Shown here in pieces: positions 25,881 to 39,400 of a stretch of DNA of 64,000 nt. The position numbers and the translations under genes are program-made. Origin of the DNA: Malacoraja senta (taxonomy: Eukaryota). Every line of letters begins with the position of its first letter. Position 1 is the stretch's first letter. The stretch covers positions 186,001 through 250,000 of the forward strand of contig JAXLNO010000213.1 of the NCBI GenBank assembly GCA_038087875.1, in the 5' to 3' direction. The notes under the pieces were generated by a model that saw nothing but the letters and a program-made list of their open reading frames with translations, ran no database searches and had not been told where the DNA came from.

Positions 25881-26099
25881 TCAAAGCATTTTTCCTTCCA
25901 TACACAGTGGGACCTAATAAAGCATTTATTCCTTCCAAACACAGTCGGTCCTTACAAAGCATTGCAGTTTCGAGCACAGGCAGGGCAGCAGGCCGAACAA
26001 CTCATGGCATTGTCATTTCATTTAATTTCCAAAAACAAATCATTTATTGCAATTACATTGCAGACACACAGTTCAGTTGATTCACAGCTTAGAATGACA

Positions 26100-26429
26100 G
26101 TTGTGGCCTCTCCCTCGCGATCTTCCAGAGTGACTGACTCATGTCCAGGTATCCGGGGTTTTATAGTCCTGCCCCCCCCCCCCGGAAGGGGCATTACCTT
26201 CGTCTTGATGATTGACAGGCGAGAGGACCAATCAGCTGATCAAGATTTTTTAAACGCTCATAACTTTTTTTATTTTTCATTTATGGGAAAAGTCCACGGG
26301 GCTGCCTCAGTGGAGGAGGACTGTGAGTAAGGTAGCCAAAAATCACAGCGATACAGGGTAACGTTTTTCCCAAACTCAATATACAGCGCAGTCAGGAAGT
26401 GGTCAAGATGAGACTTTTAATTATATAGA
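26100..26429 (-). mobile_element. Non-autonomous Helitron-like 5' end (copies ending at 29982 on minus, 36258-36460 on plus, weaker near 10480)
   Basis: A|TCTATATAATTAAAAGTCTCATCTTGACCACTTCCTG, matching A|TCTATACTAATACTAAAAGTCTCATCTTGACCACTTCCTG at 36258. Confidence 0.6.
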
Positions 26430-28750
26430 TGACGGTAGACCTGCCATGGCAGGAATATCTGCGGTTAATTAGGAAGGTGCAGAATCATTTCAGTTCAAAG
26501 AGGATGAAAGATTACAGCGCGAGAATAAGACGAGCCTGGCAGACAAGGGAGGTCAGGGATAGCATAAAAGCGAAAGAGAAGGCATATTACATTGTAAAGA
26601 CTAGTGGGAAGCCAGAGGATTGGGATGTTTTTTAGAACAACAAAAGGTAACTAAAATGACAATACGGAGAGAAAATATGAAGCACGAATGTAAGCTAGCA
26701 AATAATATGAAAGAGGATAGCAAGAGTTTCTACGGATAAGTAAAGAGTAGAAAAAAGGCAAGAGTGGACGTTGGGCCGCTGGAGGATGAAGCAGGCGAAG
26801 TAAAAACGGGAAATCAAGAAGCGGCAGAGGAAATTAACAAACTTGTTTTGCATCAGTCTTCAGAGTGGAAAACACAAGCAGTATACCTGCAATCCTAGAG
26901 AGTCAGGGGTGGAAATTAATGGAATGGCGATTCTTAAGTGGAAGGTGCTAGGATAGTTGAAAGGGCTGAGAGGGGTCGTTCACCTGGACCGGATGGACTG
27001 CATCCCAGGGTTCTGAAGAAGGTGGCCTCAGAGATTGTGGCGGCATTAATTGTGATATTTCAAGAATCACTAGAGTTAGGCGTCGTTCCTGAAGATTTGA
27101 AAATTGCATATATCACCCTGCTGTACAAGAAGGAAGCCAAGCAGAAGAGCGAAACTATCGGCCAGTTAGACTGACTTCGGTGGTTGGTAAGATTTTAGTG
27201 TCAATTATAAAGGACGGGTTTACGCAGAACATGGAAGTTCACGATTAAACGGGCAGAAGTCAGAATGGTTTAGTGAAGGGACGATGTTGCCTGACGAATC
27301 TACTGGTTCGTTGATGAATTTAATAGCAGGATAGACAGAGGGGATGCTGGAGATGTCGTTTATCTAGATCTTCAGAAGGCCTTCGATAAGGTGCCGCACG
27401 TCAGGCGTCTCTGGAAGATGAGACCCCATGTTATGAAAGGTAAGATACTAGCATGCATAACGGGATGGCTAGATGGCAGACGGCAAAGTGTCGCAATAAA
27501 AAGCGTTGTTTTCAGGTTTGCTGCCAGTGAATAGTGGAGTTCCGCAAGGATCGGTGCTGGGGAAGCTTCTCTTCACGTTGGGAATTAATGATTTGGATAA
27601 GGGGTTTGAAGGCTTTGTGGCCAAGTTTGCAGATGATACTAAGATAGGTGGTGGCACAGGCACTGGAGAGGAAGCAACAACTATGTAGAAGGACATGGAC
27701 AGGTTAGCAGAGAAGTGGCAGATGAAATTCGGCATAACAAAGTGCGAATTCATTAATTTTATTAATAAGAATAAAGGCGTAGATTATGTTCCAAATGGAG
27801 AGATAACCAAGACATTGGAGGTGCATTGGGAGTGCTGTTGAAGCACTCCCAAAAAACATAATTTGCAAGTCGAATCGGTATAAAGAAGGCAAGCAAGAGG
27901 ACTGGAATACAAAAACAGAATTGCAAGGCGCTAGCCAGGCTGCATTTGGAGTACGTCAACAAATCTGGGACCCATATCTGAGGAAACATAGAAACATAGA
28001 AAATAGGTGCAGGAGGAGGCCATTCGGCCCTTCGAGCCAGCACCGCCATTTATTGTGATCATGGCTGATCGTCCCATATCAATAACCCGTGCCTGCCTTC
28101 TCCCCATATCCCTTGACTCCACTAGCCCCTCGAGCTCTATCTAACTCTCTCTTAAATCCATCCAGTGACTTGGCTTCCACTGCCCTCTGTGGCAGGGAAT
28201 TCCATAAATTCACAATTCTCTGGGTGTAAATTCACAACTCTCTGGGTGAGCAAGGATGTGCTGGCTCTCGAGGGGTTCCAGATGAGGTTTACAAGAATTA
28301 TTCCAGGAATGAGTGGGTTAGCATATGATGAGCGTTTGACAGCACTGGGACTCTACACGCTCGAGTTTAGAAGGTTGAGGGGACCCCTCATTGAAACTTA
28401 CAGAAAGAGCGAGTGGTTACGGGAAGGGTGTTTCCACTGGTGCTGTCTCGGACCAGAGGTCATGGCCTCAGAATTAAAAGGCGCTCTGTTAGAAAGGAAG
28501 TGAGAAGGAATTTCTTTAGCCTGAGGGTAGTTAATCTGTGGAACTCATTGCTTCAGAGGGCTGTGGAGGCCAAGTCAGTGGATATTTTTAAGGCAGAGAT
28601 AAACAAGTTCTTGATTTGAATGGGTTTCAAAGGTTACGGGAAGAAGGCAGGAAAATAGGATTAGGAGGCAGAGATCAGCCATGATTGAATGGCGGAGTAG
28701 GCACGATGGGCCGAATGTCCTAATTCTAATCCTATAACTTGTGAACTTGT
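26430..28750 (+). mobile_element. Degenerate CR1 ORF2/RT with a nested inverted CR1 tail; duplicated at 29983-32300
   Basis: [38 protein letters not shown] motifs with frameshifts. Confidence 0.9.
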
Positions 28751-31700
28751 AAACATTAACACAGATGACGGACTAGAATGAACCCACAATCAATCATTGT
28801 TGCGCACCACTGATCACTGGCCTTCTCGCTGAATATCAATCAATCCCATCTCACAGCATTTCAAGCGGATTGCAGGCCATCAATTTGTAATCGCACAGCA
28901 CTTCAAGCGGAGTGCAGGCCAGCAAATCCAATCTCACAGCATTTCAAACGGACTGCAGGCCAGCAAATCCAATCTCACAGCATTTCAAGCAGAATGCAGG
29001 CCAGCAAATCCAATCTCACAACATTTCAAGCAGAGTGCAGGCCAGCAAATGCAATCTCACAGCATTTCAAGCGGACTGCAGACCAATATCACAGCATTTC
29101 AAACGGAGTGCACGCGAGCAAATCCAATCTCACAGCATTTCAAGCGGAGTGCAGGCCAGCAAATCAAATCTCACAGGATTTCAAGCAGAGTGCAGGCCAG
29201 CAAATCCAATCTCACAGCATTTCAAGCAGTGCAGGCCAGCCAATCAAATCTAACAGCATTTCAAGCAGGCCTGCAAATCCAATCTCACAGCCTTTCACGC
29301 AGAATGCAGGCCAGCAAATCTAATCTCACATCATTTCAAGCGGAGTGCCGGCCAGCAAATACAATCTCACAGCATTTCAAGCAGAGTGCAGGCCAGCGAA
29401 TTCAACTCACATCATTTCAAGCAGAGTCGGACTCTCAAAGCATTTTTCCTTCCATACACAGTGGGTCCTAATAAAGCATTTATTCCTTCCAAACACAGTC
29501 GGACCTTACAAAGCATTGCAGTTTCCAGCACAGGCAGGGCAGCAGGCCGAACAACTCATGGCATTGTCATTTCATTTAATTTCCAAATACAAATCATTTA
29601 TTGCAATTACATTGCAGACACACAGTTCAGTTGACTCACAGCTTAGAATGACAGTTGTGGCCTCTCCCTCGCGATCTTCCAGAGTGACTGACTCATGTCC
29701 AGGTATCGGGGGTTTTATAGTCCTGCCCCCCCCCCCGGAAGGGGCATTACCTTCGTCTTGATGATTGACAGGCGAGAGGACCAATCAGCTGATCAAGATT
29801 TTTTAAACGCTCATAACTTTTTTTATTTTTCATTTATGGGAAAAGTCCACGGGGCCGCCTCAGTGGAGGAGGACTGTGAGTAAGGTAGCCAAAAATCACA
29901 GCGATACAGGGTAACGTTTTTCCCAAACTCAATATACAGCGCAGTCAGGAAGTGGTCAAGATGAGACTTTTAATTATATAGATGACGGTAGAGCTGCCAA
30001 TGCTGGAATATCTGCGGTTAATTCGGAAGGTGCAGAATCATTTCAGTTCAAAGAGGATGAAAGATTACAGCGCGAGAATAAGACGAGCCTGGCAGACAAG
30101 GGAGGTCAGGGATAGCAGAAAAGCGAAAGAGAAGGCATATTACATTGTAAAGACTAGTGGGAAGCCAGAGGATTGGGATGTTTTTTAGAACAACAAAAGG
30201 TAACTAAAATGACAATACGGAGAGAAAATATGAAGCACGAATGTAAGCTAGCAAATAATATGAAAGAGGATAGCAAGAGTTTCTACGGATAAGTAAAGAG
30301 TAGAAAAAAGGCAAGAGTGTACGTTGGGCCGCTGGAGAATGAAGCAGGCGAAGTAAAAACGGGAAATCAAGAAGCGGCAGAGGAAATTAACAAACTTGTT
30401 TTGCATCAGTCTTCAGAGTGGAAAACACAAGCAGTATACCTGCAATCCTAGAGAGTCAGGGGTGGAAATTAATGGAATGGCGATTCTTAAGTGGAAGGTG
30501 CTAGGATAGTTGAAAGGGCTGAGAGGGGTCGTTCACCTGGACCGGATGGACTGCATCCCAGGGTTCTGAAGAAGGTGGCCTCAGAGATTGTGGCGGCATT
30601 AATTGTGATATTTCAAGAATCACTAGAGTTAGGCGTCGTTCCTGAAGATTTGAAAATTGCATATATCACCCTGCTGTACAAGAAGGAAGCCAAGCAGAAG
30701 AGCGAAACTATCGGCCAGTTAGACTGACTTCGGTGGTTGGTAAGATTTTAGTGTCAATTATAAAGGACGGGTTTACGCAGAACATGGAAGTTCACGATTA
30801 AACGGGCAGAAGTCAGAATGGTTTTGTGAAGGGACGATGTTGCCTGACGAATCTACTGGTTCGTTGATGAATTTAATAGCAGGATAGACAGAGGGGATGC
30901 TGGAGATGTCGTTTATCTAGATCTTCAGAAGGCCTTCGATAAGGTGCCGCACGTCAGGCGTCTCTGGAAGATGAGACCCCATGTTATGAAAGGTAAGATA
31001 CTAGCATGCATAGCGGGATGGCTAGATGGCAGACGGCAAAGTGTCGCAATAAAAAGCGTTGTTTTCATGTTTGCTGCCAGTGAATAGTGGAGTTCCGCAA
31101 GGATCGGTGCTGGGGAAGCTTCTCTTCACGTTGGGAATTAATGATTTGGATAAGGGGTTTGAAGGCTTTGTGGCCAAGTTTGCAGATGATACTAAGATAG
31201 GTGGTGGCACAGGCACTGGAGAGGAAGCAACAACTCTGTAGAAGGACATGGACAGGTTAGCAGAGAAGTGGCAGATGAAATTCGGCATAACAAAGTGCGA
31301 ATTCATTAATTTTATTAATAAGAATAAAGGCGTAGATTATGTTCCAAATGGAGAGATAACCAAGACATTGGAGGTGCATTGGGAGTGCTGTTGAAGCACT
31401 CCCAAAAAACATAATTTGCAAGTCGAATCGGTATAAAGAAGGCAAGCAAGAGGACTGGAATACAAAAACAGAATTGCAAGGCGCTAGCCAGGCTGCATTT
31501 GAAGTACGTCAACAAATCTGGGACCCATATCTGAGGAAACATAGAAACATAGAAAATAGGTGCAGGAGGAGGCCATTCGGCCCTTCGAGCCAGCACCGCC
31601 ATTTATTGTGATCATGGCTGATCGTCCCATATCAATAACCCGTGCCTGCCTTCTCCCCATATCCCTTGACTCCACTAGCCCCTCGAGCTCTATCTAACTC

Positions 31701-33056
31701 TCTCTTAAATCCATCCAGTGACTTGGCTTCCACTGCCCTCTGTGGCAGGGAATTCCATAAATTCACAATTCTCTGGGTGTAAATTCACAACTCTCTGGGT
31801 GAGCAAGGATGTGCTGGCTCTCGAGAGGTTCCAGATGAGGTTTACAAGAATTATTCCAGGAATGAGTGGGTTAGCATATGATGAGCGTTTGACAGCACTG
31901 GGACTCTACACGCTCGAGTTTAGAAGGTTGAGGGGGCCCCTCATTGAAACTTACAGAAAGAGCGAGTGGTTACGGGAAGGGTGTTTCCACTGGTGCTGTC
32001 TCGGACCAGAGGTCATGGCCTCAGAATTAAAAGGCGCTCTGTTAGAAAGGAAGTGAGAAGGAATTTCTTTAGCCTGAGGGTAGTTAATCTGCGGAACTCA
32101 TTGCCTCAGAGGGCTGTGGAGGCCAAGTCAGTGGATATTTTTAAGGCAGAGATAAACAAGTTCTTGATTTGAATGGGTTTCAAAGGTTACGGGAAGAAGG
32201 CAGGAAAATAGGATTAGGAGGCAGAGATCAGCCATGATTGAATGGCGGAGTAGGCACGATGGGCCGAATGTCCTAATTCTAATCCTATAACTTGTGAACT
32301 TGTAAACATTAACACAGATGACGGACTAGAATGAACCCACAACTACAACTTATATCGTCTCATCAAGCCAGTACGAACCATTACGTGGCTGGTCCAGTGT
32401 AGCTTCCCGTCAATGGCGCCTCTCATGGTATTGATCGTGGGGATGCAAGAAACTGTGACAAACGGAATGTTGAGAACGATACAAAGTTCTGAATGAGTCA
32501 GCGGGTCAGGCAAGTTCTGTGGACGAAATAGGCAAAGATGTTTCAGTGGAGTCAGGCGAAATGTCCCGACGCGAAACATCTCCTGTCCACTTCCTCCAGC
32601 GGGGCGGATGTTGGCTGGGCGCTGTTACCCGAGTACATTGTGTTTTATTTACGATGGGCTCTCGAACTCGGATTTGATAATGCTATTGAATGCAGGGATC
32701 ATATGGCTAGACTGTTATGTTAGTGATGATCTTTGGTGGGCATTTATTTCCGCCAATGCGTCTCCTCTGTCAGCCCATGACCGAATTTCTCGAAGATGGT
32801 GCTTTATGTAAGCATGAGTTGCTCATTTACTGACTTCAGACTTGGAATTAAAAGGTCGTGCAATCATTACTATTTGTGAGCCTGGACCCACTGCAAACTG
32901 AATAGTTACAAGCTACAAAACAAGTAAAACATAGAAATATATTTAGACACAACTGTAATTCCAAAGTCTCAGAAGATGGAGACAAAAACCAGGAGTAACT
33001 CAACGGCACAGGCAGCATTTCTGGAAAGAAGCAACGGATAACGGTTGTCTTTCGGC

Positions 33057-33446
33057 TGTTTTAAATAACTGGAGCCTTACACCAAGATAAAGGTCCAAAA
33101 ACGTTATTTACTACATAGGAAATATGACTTCACACATGCACGTCTCTCTAATTCTAAGGGAACCAGGCAGGAGCGGTTACTGTAAAGCTAGTGGGCGTAA
33201 CTACAAAGGCATGAGTCATAACATGAGTGACACTGATCTACATCCTCCCTCTTAAAGAATTACCAGCAGTACAAACCCATAAACTAAGTAAGGCATGCAT
33301 AGCAGTCGGTGATAAACTGGAGGAAAGTCAAACATAGTCCGGGTACTTCACAACCGGCCTACAAACACGACCAGCACGTGTACGATAGAGACCATCAACC
33401 GTTCTATTCACTACAAGAGCATGACTCACAACATGAGTGACACTGC
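33057..33446 (-). mobile_element. Gypsy LTR retrotransposon 3' remnant (integrase tail, PPT, about 186-bp LTR)
   Basis: YRTRAGRVCRPVVKYPDYV* tail; PPT AAGAGGGAGGA immediately before TGTAG at 33242; LTR ends AAACA at 33057; partial second LTR piece at about 33418-33446. Confidence 0.65.
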
Positions 33447-34339
33447 TCTCCAAAAACTTTTCGGGTCGAGTCCTTTCTCCAGACTCTAAAGGAAGTTCTC
33501 GACACGAAACGTCACAATTCCTTCTCTCCAGAGATACTGCATGTGCCGATGAGTTACTCCAGCTTTTTGTGTCTATCTTCGGTTTAAACCAGCATCTGCA
33601 GTTCCTTCTTACAGATTTCAATGTCTCTGTTCCCTTCCACCACTTACAAATCACTACTTGAAATATCGTTTCAATTTAGGAGCTGCGATTTACGAGTGTG
33701 TTGGGAAAACGCTTCACGAGCTCTGATGGGAACCACTAAACAGTAAACACCAAACCAAAGAGGATCCGGTTATGTTCAGCAGTCCTGTATGAAGAAGGGT
33801 TTCGGCCCGAAACGTTGCTTATTTCCTTGGCTCCATTGAAGCTGCCTCACCCGCTGAGATTGTCCAGCATTTTGACTACCTGCTATTTCAATTCCGATCC
33901 GCTAGAGGGCTCGCAGGGTCGCATCAGCAAACTCACTCTGAATCCGATTAATGTCAGACATTTGTTGCCTCCGTGTCACTGACTATCGGGATCCACCTAC
34001 TAATCGGGAATGTTCGAACGAAGGACTGGACGGATGAACCACGCAGTGTGTGACTGGAAAGATCTCAGGATTCATCCACTCACCGACTGTAGGATGGCGA
34101 CATCAGTGGTCGGGACGGGAATTACACAAGTCGAAGCAAAGCATCTCAGGCCCTGACAGACTCTTGCTACACGAAGTACCATGTCTTTACGAGGATTTTA
34201 CCAGAACTCGAGGGTGTGAGCTATAGAGAGGGGTTGGGCACGCTGGGACTATTCCGTGCAGCGCAGGGGGGTGAGGGGTGATCTTCAGGAGGTGTATGAA
34301 ATCATGACAGGAAAATATTGACTAATGCACAATGTAGAC

Positions 34340-34697
34340 AGAAATGCTGGAGAAACTCAGCGGGTGAGGCGGCATCTATGGAGCGAAGGAAATAGGCGGC
34401 GTTTCGGGTCGAGGCCCTTATTCCGATTCCGTAGAGTTGGAGGGAAGGGGGAATCACAAAGGGGAGGCAGTGAGAGAGGAGGTTGTTAAACTGTCTTCGG
34501 AGAGAGGAGGAGAACCTCTTCAACGTAGGCATACCTTGAGGAGATTTCGCAGTGGAGCAGACGAAATGTTTAAGAAGGAACTGCAGATGCTGGGAAATCG
34601 AAGGTGGGCAAAATGCTGGAGAAACTCAGCGGGTGAGGCAGCCCCTATTGAGCAACGGAAATAGGCGACGTTTCGGGTCGAGATCCTACTTCAGACT
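34340..34697 (-). mobile_element. Short interspersed repeat with a hammerhead-like motif (Penelope-like terminus); other copies near 535, 9175, 18120, 32480, 33480, 33789
   Basis: Consensus CTGAAGAAGGGTCTCGACCCGAAACGTC...GATGCTGCC..ACCCGCTGAGTTTCTCCAGCATTT. Confidence 0.6.
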
Positions 34698-35744
34698 AGA
34701 TGCACAAAATCTCTTACCCAGAGTAGGTTAATCGAGGTAGGTGACGCTAGGTAGGTTAATCGAGTAGGTGATGCAAGGTGAAGGAGAAAATATTTAATAG
34801 GTATCTAGGAGTAACGTTTTTCACACAAAGGATGGTGGGTGTATGGAACAAGCTGCCAGATGAGGTAGTTAAGGCTGGGACTATCCCGACGTTTAAGAAA
34901 CAGCTATAAAAGTACACGGATAGGGCGGGTTTGGAGGGAAATGGACCAAAGACCAGCAGGTTGGACGAGTACAGCTGAGACACTTTGCTCGGTTTGGGCA
35001 AGTTGGGCCGAAGTGCCTGTTTCCACGCTGTATCACGCCAAGTGCCGCTGCTGGTTGAGCCACTGCTCCAAAACGCCAGAGAGCCGAGTTCCATGCTGCA
35101 ATCGTCTGCTGTCTGTGTGTAACTATGTACATTCGCACTGTGAACGCGTGAGTTTCCTCCGAGTGGGCGAAGATCCCGTTTACAAGCTGTATCGCGAAAT
35201 AAACAAAGTCGCACTGAAATTACACTTGCCATATCCCATGTCCCACAGTGTGCTCCGGGGGGGAGGGGAGATTACGGAGGGAAACCTTCAGTGAGCGTAA
35301 CACAACACGCGGTCATACTGTGCAGAGCCGACTGAGCAAAAGAGACAGAAACGCAACTCAGAATCATGGTCTCTCTCCCATCCTGGACACACTAACGTCT
35401 GAATAGTCATAGATTACAAAGAAAGAAAATAAAAAAAAACATAGTACATGTCGTAACAAACTCTCCGTCCAGTCATACAAATGTCGACTTGCAATTTCGC
35501 CTACATTTAGAGACTCCAACATACGCGCCGCTTAGGGAAATCGAACCAATAGACTATGGACAATAGACAATAGGTGCAGGAATAGGCCATTCGGCCCTTC
35601 GAGCCAGCACCGCCATTCAATGTCATCATGGCTGATCATCCCCAATCAGTACCCCGTTCCTGCCTTCTCCCCATATCCCCTGACTCCGCTATCTTTAAGA
35701 GCCCTATCTAACTAGTCGAAGAGGATCCGGCATGTCGAAGAAGA

Positions 35745-36255
35745 TCCTCCTAAACCTCTACAGGTGCACTGTAGAGAGCATTCTGACTGGTTGAATCGTG
35801 GCCCCGTTCGGCAACTTGAACGTCCAGGAGCGAAAAAAAATTCAAAATGTTGTGACCACAGCCCAATTCATCACCGGCTCTGACCTCCCCATCGTCGAAG
35901 GGATCGATCGTAGTTGCTGCCTCACAAAGGCAGCCAAAATCATCAAGCACCCACACTCATCCTGGCCACACATTCATCTCACCATTGCCATCAGGAAGAA
36001 GGTACAGGAGCCTGAAGTCTGTAACGTCCATGTTCAGGAACAGCTACTTCCCCACAGCCATCAGGCTATTAAACACGACAACGAATAGACTCTGAGCTCT
36101 GATCTGCAAAAGACTATATTATTATTTGTTATCTGCACTATATTGTTATTTGTCAAACGTTTTCTTTTTACTCTTCCCCCATTATATACAATGTTTATAT
36201 ATTCACATATTCTGTTGTGCTGCAGTACGTAAGAATTTCGTTGTCCCGTCCGGGA
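35745..36255 (+). mobile_element. Rex1/Babar-like LINE 3' fragment
   Basis: FGNLNVQERKKIQNVVTTAQFITGSDLP...KAAKIIK.P motif. Confidence 0.7.
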
Positions 36256-36460
36256 CATCTATACTAATACTAAAAGTCTCATCTTGACCACTTCCTGTCT
36301 ACGTTGTAAATTGATTTTAGAAAAAAACGCTTCTCTATATCGTTAAGATGTTTACGCCATCATACGCAGCGTCCTCCTCCGCTCCTGCCACCCCAAGGTT
36401 CTTTTCCGATCGGTGAAATAAAGTTATGAATGTTTAAAAAATCGTGAGATCAGCTGATTG

Positions 36461-39400
36461 TAGGTATGTTACAATACTTACCTTCAGCGGCGCTGCAGTT
36501 CTGCCACTGGCCGTGTGCGCGACTTTGGCGCCTTTGAGAGGGGGCGGGATTAAAATGCCGTTTTTCTCCAGACTGTCGGAGTAGATCTTTGTCAGGCTGT
36601 TTAGTTGCTGCAGAGAAATCGCTCCGACATCCGTTCTATCAAGTTTTTAAAAAACATCGCTGGATAATTTAATTGCTGGAGTAAAATAAAATTCGACTTC
36701 TAACGCCGTCAACGCCGACAACGGGACGGATCTCCCGTTCGGGACAGATAAAGTTAAACCGTTTATTTTACATATAAACGTGCTTCTTAGGATTACTTTC
36801 AACCAAATGTTACGATGCGAAAGGGTGCTTTAGGCCCCATACGAAACGGCAGCGTTTTTCCTGCCGATATGGGGTTTAAATTCACCGCAAACCGCAACGT
36901 TCCAAATGATCGCGTTCCACAAAATCCCACTCGCAAGATGATTTAAATGGCTATTAATTTACGGGAATTAAACACTAAATTCCTTCCCTTTGGCCTATAA
37001 ATTCATGACAATGAGATTTAAACATCATGTTATATTGTGAATTCTTGTGTGAATGTTATTTGGACAATTAGGCTATTTAAAAATGTTAACCTTTTCTTAA
37101 GAAATGGATAGATGTTTAGATCTAGTAATTGAATTTAGATGCAACTGATGAATATGAATTTCTTGTTGAGTATTTACTATTTGTTTTAGCGTTTAACTTT
37201 ATCATTTCTACCTTTTTTCTCTAAAACTGCAAATAATAACTTGTTTCAGTTAATGCGGTTTAGTGTTTTTTTTCATTGTAAACAGATGTCTCCAAAGAAG
37301 AAATGCAAAATTGTCAATCGAAAAGCTCAGACAGGCATAGCTAGAGTTCAACTTGAAGTGGATTTCTCTGTCATGCCCGAGTCTAAGAGGGATCTTAAAA
37401 ATGGACACATCTTGTACTTGTATACCTCGTTTGGAAAAAGTCTGTCTGAAACAGAGAAATCACTGAGTTCACATTTCTCTTTGTCGGATGCAGAAGGCTA
37501 TTCATTTGGTACTGTTAAGTTAAGAGTGAATGCTGTCGTTAACCGGTCTTTGCTTAAGTTTAAAAAACTCACCAATCCCAAGGAATTTGAAACATTTATG
37601 GAAATTTGTGATGAAACTTTTAAACTTCCAGAAGGCAGTCAACATATTTCTTTTGATGACATTCCACTGTCTGGTGCTCAAGATCCTGAATCCTTGACAT
37701 CAACTGAAAGCCAAGTGCCCATATTTCAAGACACAGAGGACATGGGCGATGACAGTCATGGGCTGCATCCTCCACTGAATCTAGCAACGCCAACGACAGC
37801 TGCTGCCTCACCTGAACCAAAGCCATCGACATCTAGTGTTTCAACAAGATGTAGCAGAGAATTTCTAAGTATTTCACCAAGGAAACAGAAATTGAAGAAA
37901 AGACTAAACTTTCTGTCCGAATCCAGGGCTGCCCTTTCAACAAAGTATCACACAAAGATCAGTGAACTTAGGGCACGGTTGAAAACTCCCAAACGTGTAC
38001 TTAATCAAGCCTTAAAGAGAAAGCAAAAACAAATAGATTTAAAGGACAGAAAGATTCAGGAACTCAAAACCAAATTACGTGGGAATACTTTGGCACAAGA
38101 GCTTGCTGAAACCAAGGCAGAGCTTTTGAGACTTAAAAAAGCACACAGACAATTGCTGATGTGTCGTGGCAGTAAGAAAAAGAGGAAAACTGTTTCAATT
38201 CACCATGACCGAAAAGTTCATGAAAATTTAAAGGACAGGGAAGAGAATGTGAGACGCCTCGAATTTGACATTCTTGTCCTCAAAGAAACAATTGAAACTC
38301 TGCAGGCTGCCAGTATTGTCAAGGCAAAGGTGGGCCAGAAAACTTACTCCACAACAACAAGGATGCATGTGTTTGACTGTATTGGAAACAAAACTCCCAC
38401 AGCAAACATTCCAATCCTGATAAGCCAGTTCAACAAGCGGAGTGGACTTCATCTGGATTATGTTCCTCGACGCAGTGCAGTTGTAGTTATGTCCCGAGAA
38501 TTTCGAGCTATTTCTGAGTTGCAAACAGCAGAGATGATCCTAGTAACAAAGGGTTTGACTGTGGGTTTTGATGCAACCACCCAGGAAGAGACCCACATTA
38601 ACAGTGTTCATTTCACCACCACAGACAAATGTCTCTCTGCAGCAGTCGATGAATTGGCTGGTGGGACTGCTGAGGACTATGCACAACATATTTGCGAAAC
38701 AGTTGACAATTTGTGTAAAACGTACACTTATTTCATTGAGCAAGCAGATTTTCAAGATACCAGACAAAAGATAATCGACAACATTTCTAACACAATGAGT
38801 GACAGGTGTGCAGCTAATCATGCTGCTATTAGGATTGTGAGTAGTGAGCGGGGTAAATATTTGAACGAGCTCTACTGCCATTTACATCCTCTTGACTCCA
38901 ATGCTACATCAGTTCGCTCAGCCCTCAAAATGCAGAAACAATCCGGAGGACAATTCTTGTTTGGGAAAGACTGTCTAGCAGTAAATCTACTGCAAATGAG
39001 CAAACTTCGGTACAAAAACGGAAGATGGGACCCAAGAGGATTTGTCGCATTTTTAGATGACAGGAACATCCCCCGAGGTGTCCTCCCACGGTACCGTGGC
39101 AACAGATTGCACATACTGTTTCATATTTGTGGCAAGCTGATAGAACATTATGATGACTGTTGTCCTGCTGAATAGCGGAACATCCTGTCGGGGGTTGAGA
39201 AGCGCCATCCTCCATGACTTCACCCAGGCTGAAGCAAAAGTGGAACTTCAGATATTAGGCTTACTTGGCAAATATCTGACTGGGCCTTGGATGAAGCGCT
39301 TCTACACTTCAAGCCAGAATCAGATCTACCATGTTGGTGGCATCAAAGCGATTAAAGGGGTGATTGCTGCTCTAAAGGAAGCCACAGAAAATCCAGACAA

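Larger units (their letters stand above)
25290..32343 (+). repeat. Near-identical tandem duplication, period about 3553 bp
   Basis: Matching ORFs offset by 3553 (26429/29982, 26938/30491, 28413/31966). Both units end at GAACCCACAA (28790/32343). Confidence 0.95.
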
